From NCBI GenBank assembly GCA_963662545.2, contig CAXXLL010000002.1:1248001-1312000 (forward strand): a stretch of 64,000 nt of DNA, written 5' to 3'. Position numbers and translations under genes: made by a program. Origin of the DNA: Gammaproteobacteria bacterium (GTDB taxonomy: Bacteria; Pseudomonadota; Gammaproteobacteria; Ga0077536). Each line of letters opens with the position of its first letter. Position 1 is the stretch's first letter. Positions 39,701 through 53,415 of this stretch are shown here, piece by piece. Under the pieces are notes generated by a model. That model worked only from the letters and a program-made list of their open reading frames with translations. It was not told the origin of the DNA and did no database searches.

Positions 39701-42700
39701 CCGGTACCGACGATGCGGAGTTTTTACTGGATGGGCCCGGCGCGACGACGACACTGGCGGGCAATATCCTGACATTCGGTAACGCGATTACCATCAGCGA
39801 CAACGTAGTCTTAAATAGCGCTAGCGTAACGCTCGACACCACGAATGGCGGTAACGCGGGCGGCGCTACCATCACGATCACCGGCACCGTCGACGACACG
39901 GGCGTCGGCGCGAGCAGCCTGACCTTAAACGGCGGCACGAGCGGCACGGTCGATCTGCAGGGGGACGTCGGCGGTGTTACGCCCAACAATCTGTTCACCA
40001 TTGCGGACGCGGGACAGGTCTTCCTGCCGAACGTGACCGCCAACGGCACGATCAACGTCAGCGGCGTAAACATCGATCTCCTCGGAACGACCTATACCAG
40101 CACGACCGACCAGGTTCTCTTCGCGAACGTTGCGACCGTGGACGTGCTCGCCAATGCCACCATCACGGCCGGCGCGAACAACATCGCGGCCGGTACGGTC
40201 AACATCAGCGGTAACACCCTGACCCTGGCTTCAAATGCCGGCATCGAGACCATCAACCTCACCGGCAGCACCCTCTTCGCGCCCGGGATGGTGAATGTGA
40301 CGACGCTGAACTGGAGCGGTATCAGCGAAATCGACGGCGCCGGTACGGGTGCCTTTCAAGTATTGGGTACGACGACGGTGACCGGATCGAGCACCGTGAC
40401 CTTGGACCAGGTGACCTTCCAGAATCCCGGGACGTTTAACTACAACGCGGGCTCCAGCATCTTGACGCTCTCGACCGGCGCGGAGCTCCTGAACCTGAAC
40501 ATATTCAATTTCGTGAGCGGCGCGGGCGTCCTAGCGGGCGCCGGCAGTGGCGTTTTCTTCAATGACGGCGGCACCGTAAATCTCAGCGCGCCATCGCAGA
40601 TCGACACGGCATTCGACAACGACGGCGGTACGGTGGAGCTGGGGACCAGCAACCTGACGGTAACCTCGGGCGGCATCTATGACGGCAGTTTGACTGTCAA
40701 CAGCGCGGGTAGCACCGAGCTGTTTATGATCGGAGGCACCTACCAGTTCAATGCCGGAACGTCGATCGACGGTACGGGCGCGCTGAATTTCGACACCGGC
40801 ACTTGGGATGTCCAAGCAGGTACGTTGACCTTGAACAGCGTCTTGAACTGGACCGCGCCCAGTACCATTGACGGCGGCGGCGTGGGAACTTTCGCTATTG
40901 CCAGTGGGGGTGTGATCAACTTTACCGTTGCCGGACTCACCGCGGCCTCACCGTTCGAGAACATTACCGTCAGTAACGCCGGCACCTTTAACTACAATCC
41001 TGCTACGGCGAGTGCCCTGACCTTGCGTAACGGGGCCATATTCAACAACGAGGTGGGGGGGATCTTCGATTTCCAGGCAGATTTCGTCGTGGTATCGAAC
41101 GCCGGGGTCGGTACGTTCAACAACTTGGGTACCGTGCAAAAGACGGGTGGAGCCGGTACGTCCGGTTTCGTTAGTACAACCGGCACCATGGTCTTCAATA
41201 ACCCCAGCGGGCTGATCGACGTCGACACCGGTCTAATCCAAGTCAATAACAACTTCATCAATGGCGGCACCATCGATGTCGCTTTAGGCACCGAGTTCGA
41301 AGTGACGGGCACGTTCACGAACTCGGCTAGCGGCATCATCCTCGGGATCGGAACCGTCGATCCGGCTGGCGGGGGGAATACGTTATTGAATTCCGGAATA
41401 ATCAGTCCCGGAGTATCACCCGGTATCCTGACCGTCGCCGGCAACGTCACGTTCAGTAACGGCGGTCAGTTCGACGTCGAGTTGGCAGGTTCGGGCAATG
41501 TCGCCGGAACGGATTACGATCAACTCGTCGCCACCGGTACGGTCACAATCGATCCCGGCGCAATCTTGAACCTGATGACGTTCGGCGGCTACACGGGCGT
41601 AACGAACGACATTTTCACTGACATCATCGATGCCACGGGCGCGCTCAATGGCGAGTTCGACACCGTTCTTCAGCCCGGAACCCTCATCGCCCAAACAACT
41701 TATGTCGTAGGAGCGCCGGGAGATTTGACACTCGACGTGCTGGGCACGGGCACCGTTAACCAATGGACCAACCCAGCGAGCGGCAGCTTCAACCTGGGCG
41801 GCAACTGGAGCCTCCTATCCGTGCCTGACACTGGCGAACTCGCCTTCATTGGTATCGGCGGGATTACGGTGTCAAACAGCGGCACAGTTACTGTTGACGA
41901 GCTGTCGCTGGTTTCAAGTTCGACGCTCCAACTCTTGGGCGGCAGCATCACCATAAGCAACGATTCCGTCCTGGATGGCGTTCTCTTGATGAACGGTGGC
42001 GATTTGATCGGGCCACCTAATCTAACCGTCAACGGGCTCCTCGACTGGCGCCAGGGCACGATGTCGGGCGCCGGTACGACGTTCGCGAACGGTGGCATTA
42101 CGGTAACGACGAACAGCGGCAGCCGCCGTTTGAACGGCCGGGACTTGGACAGCACGGCGACGTTCATCCTGGGCCAGATGACGAACTTCACGATCAACGG
42201 CGGGGCGACCTTGGACCAGTCGGGCGGGATCTTCGATCTACGCGGCAACAGCTCAATCAATACGAACACCACCGGCAACGTGGTGAGTTCGGTGCCGGTG
42301 CAGAAGACAGGCAGCTTCAACACCAGTATTTCGACGACGAACTTTACCAACACGGGCGACATTAACGTCAATGTGGATGATCTCGTGCTGACCACCACCG
42401 GTACGCACCTCGAGACGAATGTCACGGCGACGGTGGCGGACGGTACGACGCTGGACATACGGTCATCAACAACGGGGACGTACAACAACTTCGATGTCGT
42501 GTTGGTTGGCGCGGGTTCGACATTCGAGATGGGCGGTACCACCGCCACGCAGACCTACGATGCGGCGAGCAGCATCACGGGTCCAGGCGATGTCATCATC
42601 GCCGCGTCGGGTACGCTGAACTTCCTGGGCCCGACGACGTTTTCGGGGAATTTGAGTCATACGGGTGGAGGGACCACGACGTTTGCGCAACCGGTGAACG

Positions 42701-45700
42701 TGGCGGATTTAACGGTCGGGTTCGGCATCCTGCACCTGGATGGCGCGGGGAACATGGCGGGGACGGGAACCTTGAGCGGAGGCACCCTGACTGGCCTGGG
42801 CGACGTGACCTACTCGGGGTTGTTAGCCTGGTTGGAGGGGACGATGGAGACGACGGGAGCAGCCAAGACGTTCGCGAACGGTGGCATTACGGTAACGACG
42901 AACAGCGGCAGCCGCCGTTTGAACGGCCGGGACTTGGACAGCACGGCGACGTTCATCCTGGGTCAGATGACGAACTTCACGATCAACGGCGGGGCGACCT
43001 TGGACCAGTCGGGCGGGATCTTCGATCTACGCGGCAACAGCTCAATCAATACGAACACCACCGGCAACGTGGTGAGTTCGGTGCCGGTGCAGAAGACAGG
43101 CAGCTTCAGCACCAGCATCGCGACGACGACGTTTACCAATAGCGGCAATATCAACGTCAACACGGGCACCCTGTTCATTTCCCCGAATTTCATCAATACG
43201 GCAACGGCCACAATCGCAAGCGGAACGACGCTCACCTTTGCTGGTACGACGAGTTCGAATGCGGCATCGGGGACCATCCAGGGTACAGGAACACTCAACG
43301 TTTCGAGCACCGCGTTCACGAATAACGGCGTGCTTGGACCGGGCACATCGCCGGGCATCTTCAACATCAACGGTAACGCTACCTTAGCAAACGGCAGTCA
43401 GCTCAACATCGAATTGGCCGGTTCCAGCAACGTCGCCGGTACCGACTTCGACCAGCTCGTCGTCATGGGCACGCTCACTATCGATCCAGGCGCAATACTG
43501 AACCTGACGACCTTCGGCGGCTACACGGGTGTCGTCAGCGACACCTTCACCGACGTCATCGACGCAACCGGCGCGCTGAACGGCGAGTTCGATACGGTAT
43601 TGATGCCGGCGACGCTGATCGCCCAGTCCACCTACGTCGTTGGCGGGCCCGGCGACCTGTCGCTGCTCGTCACTTCGACCGGCACCATCAATCAATGGAC
43701 AAACCCCGCCAGCGGCGCCTTCGACGTGGGCGGTAACTGGAGCCTTGGCGTGCCGAGCGGGACCCACGAGACCGTCATCGGCATCGGCGGTATCACGGTG
43801 ACGCACGGGCTCGCGGTCGCAGACACGGTGTTGTCGCTGTCGCTGGTCGGTTCGTCAACTTTTGCGTTGACTGCCGGCAGCCTCACGATCAACACCAATT
43901 CGATCCTCGACGGCAATCTCTCGATATCCGGCGGCGCGACCTTGCTCGGCGCCGGCGACGTGACCGTAAACGGAACCTTTAATGCGAACACCACGAGCAT
44001 CATCGGCACCGGCACCGAAAAATTCATTACTAACGGAACGAGCAACATCAGTGGTGCTTTCGGGCTCGACTTAAGGCCCTGGGATAACTTCGGTACCGTA
44101 AATTGGACGGCTGGGGATATTACCCTGGCGTTCGGTGCCTCGTCGGTATTCACCAACGAGGCCGGCGGGATTTTCAACATCAACACCGGTTTGAGTAGCG
44201 AAGACATCAACGGCGCGGGCAGTTTCGTCAACGATGGCGTGGTCAACAAGAACAGTAATCTGACGACGTCGTTCAACGTCCCGGTGACCAACACCAACGC
44301 CTTCAACCTCACGATGGCCCAGGTCAGTCTGCGTCAGACGAGTAGTAACACCGGCACGTTCTCGCTCTCGGGCGGCACGACCTTGGCAGTGGCGAATGCT
44401 TCGACCTTGAACCTGAATCTGAATACGGCGGTGATGGGGACGGGCACGGTGCTGGTGGAGCCTGGCACCACCTTGAGCGTGAACGTACCGGTGGCGATGG
44501 CGACGGGGTTCAACGTCCCGGTGACCAACACCAACGCCTTCAACCTCACGATGATCCTGACGAATGACGGCACGATAGCGAATGCCGAGAACCTGACCAT
44601 TCCGAACACCTTCAATCTGGACGGCGGGTGAGTGGCGATGCGGTGACGGGGACGGGCACGTTCACGACGCCGGCGACGAGTACGACGACGCTGAATGGTG
44701 GCACCAACACGCTGGGCGCGGGTCTGGCGTGGGACAGTTTCGGGCTGGTGAACTGGACGGCGGGTGATTTCACGCTGAGCGATGCGGGGTCGGTATTCAC
44801 GGTGGAGGCGGGTGCGCCGAGTATCTTCAACATCAACACCGGTTTGAGTAGCGAAGACATCAACGGCGCGGGCAGTTTCGTCAACGATGGCCACAAGCAG
44901 TAATGGGGACAAGTCGTTCAACGATCCCGTGACAACACAACACGTCTTCAATGTTCCATTCACCAATACCGGCACCGTTGTCGTCCAAAACGGCACGCAG
45001 CTCCATAACGTTTCACATATCCAGACCGCTGGCATCACCCTGCTTATCGGCGGTTCGATCGCGGGAACGGCCGCGCTCAATATCGATGGCGGTGTGCTTC
45101 AGGGCGGGGGCATTGGCAACATCAGCACCAATATCAACATCAACAGCGGCGGTGCCTTGGGTCCGGGTTTGTCGCTCGATACGATGAACGTGACGGGCAA
45201 TGTCGTGTTCAACAACGGCGGCGCTTATAACGTGGAAGTGGCCGCTGGACTTGCGTCTGACGTACTCAACGTAACGGGTAGCGTTACCATCAACGCGGGC
45301 GCGATCCTGAACGTTTCGGCCTTCGGCGGCTATACCGGCGTGGTGTCGGATAATTTCACCGGCGTCATCGCTACGACCGGCGCGTTGAACGGTACGTTCA
45401 CCACGATCAACCAGGATCCGGGTTTTAACGTGGCACCTTCGTACACTGTCGGCGGCCCGGGCGATCTGTCACTGCTCGTATCCGGCTTTACGAATATCTG
45501 GATCGGGCCGCTGGGCGGCGGATTATGGAGCGTGCCTGGAAACTGGTCTCTCATCGCGGTTCCGATCGCCTCGCACGACGTCCTGTTCAACACGGCTGCG
45601 AACGTCAACCAGAATATCGGCGGCACCATCAATTCCATCAACACCATCGCCGGATCAACGCTGACCAATACCAGCGGTACGCTGACGATCAATAGCAATT

Positions 45701-48700
45701 CGATACTGGTCGGCAGTCTCACCATCTCGGGCGGGACCTTGACTGGGACGGGGGACATCATCGTCACCGGCCTGACCAGTTGGTCGGGTACCAGCACCAT
45801 CGGCGGCTTGGGGACCAGCCTATTTGCGGACGGCGGCCTGAACCTGACTACCGCCGTCTCAACGACCTGGACGCTGGATCGAGCACTGGTGCTCGGTGGC
45901 AACAGTTCCTGGTCGCCCAACACCAACCAAGGCGGCAAGGTGCTCACCGGCGCTGGGTCTATCACCAACAATGCGATCCTGGATCTTACGCCGAACGATT
46001 TTATCAGTCCTTCCGAGGCTCGTCGTTTGCAAGTGCAGGTGCCCTTCACCAACACGGCGATGGGCACGGTGACCAAGAGCGGCGGCAACGTGCGGGCCGA
46101 TTTCCAGATGACCTTTGTACAACGCGGGGGTGGTGGAGGGCGACGCTCTGTCACTGCACGTATCCGGCTTTACGAATATCGGGGACTTCGGGCCGCTGGG
46201 CGGCGGATTATGCAGTTCGCGGGTACACATGCCTTCAATAGCGGCGTTGATTTCACCGGGGCGGGTACGGTGGACGTCCTGAGTGACACCAGCACCCTGG
46301 CGACCGGGGTGACCACACCATGAATATCGGTGGCACCATCAATTCGCGATCAACACCATCGCCGGATCAACGCTGACCAATACCAGCGGTACGCTGACGA
46401 TCAATAGCAATTCGATACTGGTCGGCAGTCTCACCATCTCGGGCGGGACCTTGACTGGGACGGGGGACATCATCGTCACCGGCCTGACCAGTTGGTCGGG
46501 TACCAGCACCATCGGCGGCTTGGGGACCAGCCTATTTGCGGACGGCGGCCTGAACCTGACTACCGCCGTCTCAACGACCTGGACGCTGGATCGAGCACTG
46601 GTGCTCGGTGGCAACAGTTCCTGGTCGCCCAACACCAACCAAGGCGGCAAGGTGCTCACCGGCGCTGGGTCTATCACCAACAATGCGATCCTGGATCTTA
46701 CGCCGAACGATTTTATCAGTCCTTCCGAGGCTCGTCGTTTGCAAGTGCAGGTGCCCTTCACCAACACGGCGATGGGCACGGTGACCAAGAGCGGCGGCAA
46801 CGTGCGGGCCGATTTCCAGATGACCTTTGACAACGCGGGGGTGGTGGAGGGCGACGCTGTGGTGGCCCTCACGCTCAGCGGCGGCGGCACCCACATCGGG
46901 GACTTCAGTACTGCTGGCGGGGGGCTACTGCAGTTCGCGGGTACACATGCCTTCAATAGCGGCGTTGATTTCACCGGGGCGGGTACGGTGGACTTCTTGA
47001 GTGACACCAGCACCCTGGCGACCGGGGTGACCTACAACATGAACATGAGTGGCACCACTCGTGTTTCCGGCGCGACCGTCAATTTCGACAGCAGCGGCAT
47101 CACCAGCCTCGGCAACTTCGCGGTCAGCGCTGGCACGGCCAATCTGAATACCGGTAATACGCAGACCCTGACGACTTTGTCGGTCAGTAGCGGCATTTTG
47201 CAAGGCGCCGATGACATCATCGTCACCGGCCTGACCAGTTGGTCGGGTACCAGCACCATCGGCGGCTTGGGGACCAGCCTATTTGCGGACGGCGGCCTGA
47301 ACCTGACTACCGCCGTCTCAACGACCTGGACGCTGGATCGAGCACTGGTGCTCGGTGGCAACAGTTCCTGGTCGCCCAACACCAACCAAGGCGGCAAGGT
47401 GCTCACCGGCGCTGGGTCTATCACCAACAATGCGATCCTGGATCTTACGCCGAACGATTTTATCAGTCCTTCCGAGGCTCGTCGTTTGCAAGTGCAGGTG
47501 CCCTTCACCAACACGGCGATGGGCACGGTGACCAAGAGCGGCGGCAACGTGCGGGCCGATTTCCAGATGACCTTTGACAACGCGGGGGTGGTGGAGGGCG
47601 ACGCTGTGGTGGCCCTCACGCTCAGCGGCGGCGGCACGCACACCGGGGACTTCAATATCACTGCCGGTAATCTTTTACAGCTCGTCGGCGTACATACGTT
47701 GAGCAACACCACGTCCATAAGCGGCGATGGCACCCTGGACGTGCTCGGCATCCCCGGCGGGTTGGTCATTAACGGCACGGTCGCACCCGGCGCTTCGATT
47801 GGTACGCTCAGCGTGACCGGTAACGTGACGTTCAACACTGGCGGCGCCTTGGAAGTAGAATTGGGCACCGCGCTGGCCAGGGATGTACTCAGCGTGAACG
47901 GCCAGGTGGATATCATCGCCGGTGCCGTCCTGAATATTATCGCTGACCCGCCTTACACGGGTGTCCTATCGGACAACTTCACCGGCGTCATTACCACGAC
48001 GGGCATGCTGAACGGCACGTTCACGACGATCAACCAGGATCCGAATTTCAGCGTCGCACCTTCGTACACGATCGGCGGTCCGGGCGATTTATCGCTGCTC
48101 GTTTCCGGCTTCACGAACACCTGGATTGGTTTACTCGTCGGCGGGTTGTGGAATGTACCCGGGAACTGGTCGCTCGCCGCAATTCCCATTGCGTCCCATG
48201 ACGTGCTTTTCAACACCCCCGCGAACGTCAATCAGAATATCGGCGGCACCATCAATTCCATCAACACCATCGCCGGATCGACGCTGACCAATACCAGTGG
48301 CACGCTGACGATCAATAACGATTCGATGCTGGGTGGAAATATCATTGTATCTGGCAGTAGTACGCTGACAGGTCCGGGCAATGTCACGGTCACGGGCCTG
48401 ACGAATTGGGCTGGCAACGGCACCACGATCGACGGGTCGGGGACGTTGTTTGCGAACGGTGGCTTCGACATCAACGCGGGCGGCGGCACGAGCCGGACGC
48501 TGAACCGTTTGGTGGTGATTGATGGCAACAGTACCTGGACGGACAGTTTCGGAAGCAATGTCTTCGGTACGGGCACGATCCGGAATCTGTTGGGGAACAC
48601 CATCACCGCGACCAATACCGCCGACTTCAATTTCAATCCCACTTTAGACAACTTGGGCACCTTCACGCAGACGGGCAGCGGCACCTTCAACATCAATGGC

Positions 48701-51700
48701 GGGCTGACGAACAACAACATCGTCAACGCCAACGGCGGCAAGACCGCGATCAATACCAACGGCACGGTCACGGGCGCGTTCAACATCGGGCCCAGCGGCA
48801 TCCTGGCGGTGACCAGCGGCACGACGGTGTTCGACGCCTTGTCCAGCATCACCGGCACGGGTTCGACGCCTTGTCCAGCATCACCGGCGGGCGGCGCTGT
48901 AAATTTTGATACGAGCGCGACGGTTGATGGCACCTACAACGTCACGGGCAACACGCTCCTACGGAATACGAGTACGGTGGCGACCTTCAACACGGCGGCA
49001 CAGATGGGGAGTCTGACCCTCACCCAGAACGGGCCGCGTCTGACGGGGTCGGGCAATGTCACGGTCACGGGCCTGACGAATTGGGCTGGTGGCGGCACCA
49101 CGATCGACGGGTCGGGGACGTTGTTTGCGAACGGTGGCTTCGACATCAACGCGGGCGGCGGCACGAGCCGGACGCTGAACCGTTTGGTAGTGATTGATGG
49201 CAACAGTACCTGGACGAACAGTTTCTCCAGCAATGTCTTCGGTACGGGCACGATACGGAATCTGTTGGGGAACACCATCACCGCGACCAACACCGCCGAC
49301 TTCAATTTCAATCCTACTTTAGACAACTTGGGCACCTTCACGCAGACGGGCAGCGGCACCTTCAACATCAATGGTGCCCTGACGAACAACAACATCGTCA
49401 ATGTGCAAGCTGGGCGAACCCAGGTTAATTCGACCTTCACGAACAACGGTACGATCAATCTCGGCGGTGGTATTTTCGCCGCGACCGGTGCAACGTTCGA
49501 TAACGCCGGTACGATCCAAGGCACGAGCACCCTGAACGTGTCAGGCACCACGTTCACCAACCAGTCCGGCGGTATTGTTGCGCCCGGCACTTCGATCGGC
49601 ACGATGCTCCTTACCGGCAATGCGATCTTCGCGTCGGGCAGCATCTTCCGCGCTGAGGTCGAGAACGGCACCTCCGACGTGCTGGCCGCGACCGGCACGG
49701 TCACGATTCAACCGGGCGCCATTCTCGATATCTTGCTGAGCGGCGGCCCGGCCCCCGTGGGCGGCGAGATGTTCAACGTCATCACAGGCGCCACGGTTAT
49801 CACTACGTTTGACACGGTACTCGAGCCGGTCGGCTTGAGCTTCGGGCAGGCGAATCCCGGGGGCACGGCGCTGGAACTCACCTTGCTGGGCGGCGCCAAC
49901 ACTTGGACGGGCCCGCTGGTCGGCGAATTCTGGGGTAACGCCGGCAACTGGACGCTGGGCGTGCCGTCGATGTTCGACGACGTCATCATCAATACCGCCG
50001 CGACCATAACGCACAATTTATTGGTTGCGGACACCATCAATTCACTGACCACGATCGCGGGATCGCTGCTGGATATGACCGGCGGATCCCTGGATATCGT
50101 CGTCAATTCGATCCTGGGCGGTGAACTCCGTCTGGCGGGTGGCGACGTTGGTGGGGCGGGGAACCTGACGGTCAATACGCTGACCCACAGCGCCGGTACG
50201 CTCGGTAGCAGTGGCACCGTCATGGTTAGCAACGCGTTCAACTTCAGCGGCGGCACGCTCGCCGCAAATCTCGATACGCTGGCTTCGAGCTCGAACACCT
50301 TGAGCGGCGCCGCAGCCAAGACGATATCGGGCGTAACCTGGAATACCTTTGGCCCAACGAGCTGGACCGCCGGTGATATCAATCTGGTGGGCGGCGCGAC
50401 GATCAACAATCAAAGCGGCGCCGTGTGGAATATCTTGACCGTCGGGTCCGCCGACGATATGCAGGGCGCCGGTACCTTCAACAGCCTCGCCAGCAGTACA
50501 GTCAATGCCAACGCGCCGGGCGGCTCCAACAGCATCCATCCGACAACGGTAAATCATGCTGGCACCATTAATGTGCTTTCGGGCGATCTGGACTTTGCCG
50601 GTCCGGGCACCTCCATTTTCACCTTCAGCGGGCCGATCAATTTTTCGAATGGCACTCGGATCAAGCCCTACACCTTCGCTGGAGCCCCGACCTTGAATTT
50701 CAACACGGGTACGAGCATCAGTGTTGTGTCCGGTACCGCCGAGATCCTTGTCGACGTTAACGTGCCGGTGAATTTCAACGCGCCGCTGGTCATGCCGAAC
50801 AACTTCGCGTTGAATCAGAGCAGCGGTACGGTCACGGTCAATGCAGCCGTGACGGTCGGCGATTTCAACCAGACCGGTGGAACGTTCACCGGCGCTGGCA
50901 ACCTCACGGCGACGAACAGCTTCACGCAGTCCGCTGGCTCGCACGCCGGAGCTGGCATGACGACACTGGGTCCGGCGGTCGTCTTCGCGCCCGGCGGTTA
51001 CACTTTCAATCGGCTATTCGACATCGACGGAACGCTCAACCACGGCGTCGGCACCTTGACCACGAATAACCTCGTGAATATCGACGGCGCGTTTAACTGG
51101 ACCGGTGGAACGGTAATGGGGAACTTCGCTACCGGTGCGACGAGCAATACGACGATCAACGGTACGTCGATCCTCGACGGCACGATGACTAGTGCGGGAG
51201 TGACGCAGGTCAATGGATTGCTGCAGGTACAGACCGGCGGCGTTATCAATGTAATCGGAGGCGTCTTCGGCGGCAACGGTGTCATCGACGTATCGTTGGA
51301 CACGGTGACGGCGGGGACCTCTCCGGGATTCTTGTCCATCATCGGGAATTTCACGCAGGGAGCGCTGGGTACCTTATTAGTGGATTTAGCCGCTCCGGGA
51401 TTGACGCCTGGGGCGGACTTTGACTTCATCAGCATCACGGGCACGGCGAATCTGGGCGGCACCTTGCTGGTGAATCCGCTGGGCGGTTTTATACCGCCAA
51501 CGGGGACCGGTTTCGACATTCTGAACTTCAGCGCGGTGAACGGAAATTTCGCCAGCATCGCGAGCACGTCCACGCAGACGTTCAGCGGTGTGCCGGGCGC
51601 GACGAATTTCGTGTTGACCGCGGGCACGCCGCCGGCGATACCGATGATGCCGATAATGATGGAGCCCGAGTCCGCGCCACCCTTGCCGCCGCCCAATCAG

Positions 51701-51865
51701 GAAGCGAACGTCATTGGCGATATCGGCGGCAGCGGCATCGGCAGTGGATTCGGCGACGGTACCGGCACAGACGGCGATGGCGACGGTGACGATGACGGGA
51801 GCGGATCGGATGGCTCAGACGACGGTGACGGTGACACCCCACTGCCGCAACTCTGCAGCGCCTGA
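36754..51865 (+). CDS. Giant filamentous-haemagglutinin-like TpsA exoprotein (~5000 aa); broken by frameshifts at ~44630-44900 and ~46120-46350
   Basis: Signal peptide ..SPALA-NPQGG; TPS domain INWQSF, VLNRV.G, NGRVFLLNPNGI; GGFVEISG, GTLLLDP; continuous Gly/Thr/Asn beta-helix repeats across ORFs 36601, 44628, 44887 and 46451. Confidence 0.88.
42079..43108 (+). repeat. 241-bp near-exact intragenic direct repeat (42079-42319, 42868-43108)
   Basis: Encodes TFANGGITVTTNSGSRRLNGR...QKTGSF twice; one nucleotide difference noticed. Confidence 0.9.
45754..47576 (+). repeat. 364-bp intragenic repeat in three copies (45754, 46466, 47213)
   Basis: DIIVTGLTSWSG...ADFQMTF three times; offsets 712 bp (out of frame) and 747 bp (in frame). 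Confidence 0.92.
48377..49401 (+). repeat. ~350-bp intragenic direct repeat (offset 675 bp)
   Basis: GNVTVTGLTNWAG...LTNNNIVN twice with a few substitutions. Confidence 0.88.
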
Positions 51866-51867
51866 AG

Positions 51868-53313
51868 TTGATTTCGCGCATGAATTTAAATCGCCCGGAC
51901 TCGTGTTCATACTTCATCGCGCTCACGCTGTTGCTCGTCGTGAGTGCCGAGGTGAGTGCCGCGCCCGCCGGCAAGATCGTCGCGGCGCGCGGCGCCGTTA
52001 CCATTCAATCGGCGGAAGGGGTGGCGCGGCTGGTGGGACGTGAAGATCCGATCTTTTCGGGCGATGTTCTGACCACCGGCAAGAAGAGCTTCGCTATCCT
52101 CGAGTTCAACGACGACACGCGTATGGCGCTGCGTCCTGATTCCGTGTTCAAAGTAGAGCAGTGGAGTATCGAACCCGAGCAGGAGAGCGCGGTGACGCGG
52201 TTGTTCAAAGGCGGCCTGCGCGCGGTCACGGGGTTCATCGCGCGACGCAATTCCCGGGCGTTTCGGGTGAATACCTCGGTTGCGACGATCGGGATCCGCG
52301 GAACGACCTTTGACGCGCGGTTGTGCGAAGGGGGCGAGTGCGAGGAGGATGCCCGGGCTGCCTCCGGGTTAACGGTTCCGCGCAGCCAGGCGATCGGTCG
52401 CGTCGCCTTCGTGAAGGGCACCGCGACGTCCCGCAAACGGGATGCCAACTACGCGCGCCCGGTCGCAGCGGGATCGCCGCTGTACGAAGGCGATACCGTC
52501 TCGACTGCGCCGAATTCCTATGCGGTCTTGATCTTCAAGGATCGCAGCCGAGTGACCCTGCGCGCGAACACCGTGTTCGAGATCGAGGCGATGAAGTACA
52601 CGGAGGACAAGGCGGACGAAGATTCGTCCGTGATGCGGCTGGTGCGGGGGGGCTTGCGTGCGGTCACGGGCTTCATCGGCAAGCGCAATGCCAGCCGCGT
52701 ACGTTACCGGACGGCGGTCGCGACCATCGGCATCCGGGGCTTTGGCTTCGATCTCGTATGCATAGACGCTTGCGGCGCGGACGCCCAATCGAGCACCTGG
52801 AATCTTGGCGACATGATCTTACCGAACGCATACGCCGCTGACGCGCTACCGCCCGGCTTGCTGGCGAGGTCGTGGTTAAGCGATATTTTCGCCTTAATTA
52901 ACGGCCGGGAATTCGAGATCCCCGAAGGTAAGGTGATCTTCATTCCACTGTCGTCATTAATTCCGCAGGAATTACTGCAAATGCCGTTCGAGATCGAAGA
53001 GCCGCGCCCTAATGACGTCGACCTGGACGAAGACGCGTTGTTTGAATACGGTCAGAGCCAGGAGGGCGCGGATGGCTTGCATGTCGCGTGCCTCGAAGGA
53101 ACGGCCTGCGCCGTCGGCGACGAGATCCTGGCGGTCGGCGAAGGCTTATATACCAGCGAAGACGGCACCACGGTGATCCGCACGGCATATGCCGCGGGCT
53201 TCCTTGTCAATGACAAATACTTCAAGACCATTGACGTACCACCGGACGTGCTCGATCTGCTTTACAACCTCGATGCCGCGGATGGCGCCGTCGGTGAGTG
53301 TACGGCGCAGTAG
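51868..53313 (+). CDS. Exported protein with two tandem FecR-like domains
   Basis: Signal peptide; two copies of GD...T...S.A.L.F.D....L...F...L..GGLRAVTGFI....T.VATIGIRG; Cys pairs after each domain. Start may be ATG 51880. Confidence 0.88.
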   Translation: MISRMNLNRPDSCSYFIALTLLLVVSAEVSAAPAGKIVAARGAVTIQSAEGVARLVGREDPIFSGDVLTTGKKSFAILEFNDDTRMALRPDSVFKVEQWSIEPEQESAVTRLFKGGLRAVTGFIARRNSRAFRVNTSVATIGIRGTTFDARLCEGGECEEDARAASGLTVPRSQAIGRVAFVKGTATSRKRDANYARPVAAGSPLYEGDTVSTAPNSYAVLIFKDRSRVTLRANTVFEIEAMKYTEDKADEDSSVMRLVRGGLRAVTGFIGKRNASRVRYRTAVATIGIRGFGFDLVCIDACGADAQSSTWNLGDMILPNAYAADALPPGLLARSWLSDIFALINGREFEIPEGKVIFIPLSSLIPQELLQMPFEIEEPRPNDVDLDEDALFEYGQSQEGADGLHVACLEGTACAVGDEILAVGEGLYTSEDGTTVIRTAYAAGFLVNDKYFKTIDVPPDVLDLLYNLDAADGAVGECTAQ

Positions 53314-53340
53314 AAATCGCTGACGATCATTATCCAGCGA

Positions 53341-53398
53341 AGCAAAAGGGGACATTCAACTTTTTCGATTTCGAAAAAGTTGAATGTCCCCTTTTGCT
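53341..53398. terminator. 58-bp perfect palindrome between convergent genes (bidirectional terminator or REP-like)
   Basis: AGCAAAAGGGGACATTCAACTTTTTCGA-TT-TCGAAAAAGTTGAATGTCCCCTTTTGCT. Confidence 0.75.
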
Positions 53399-53415
53399 CC
53401 CCCTTTTTCTCGCAG

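Noticed and set aside
44629-44631. TGA ending the 2676-aa ORF as Sec read-through
   Set aside because: The protein continues in a different frame, so it is a frameshift rather than an in-frame UGA.
36754-51865. TpsA as a CDI toxin (CdiA)
   Set aside because: No VENN or pre-toxin motif, no toxin-like C-terminal domain and no small immunity gene downstream.
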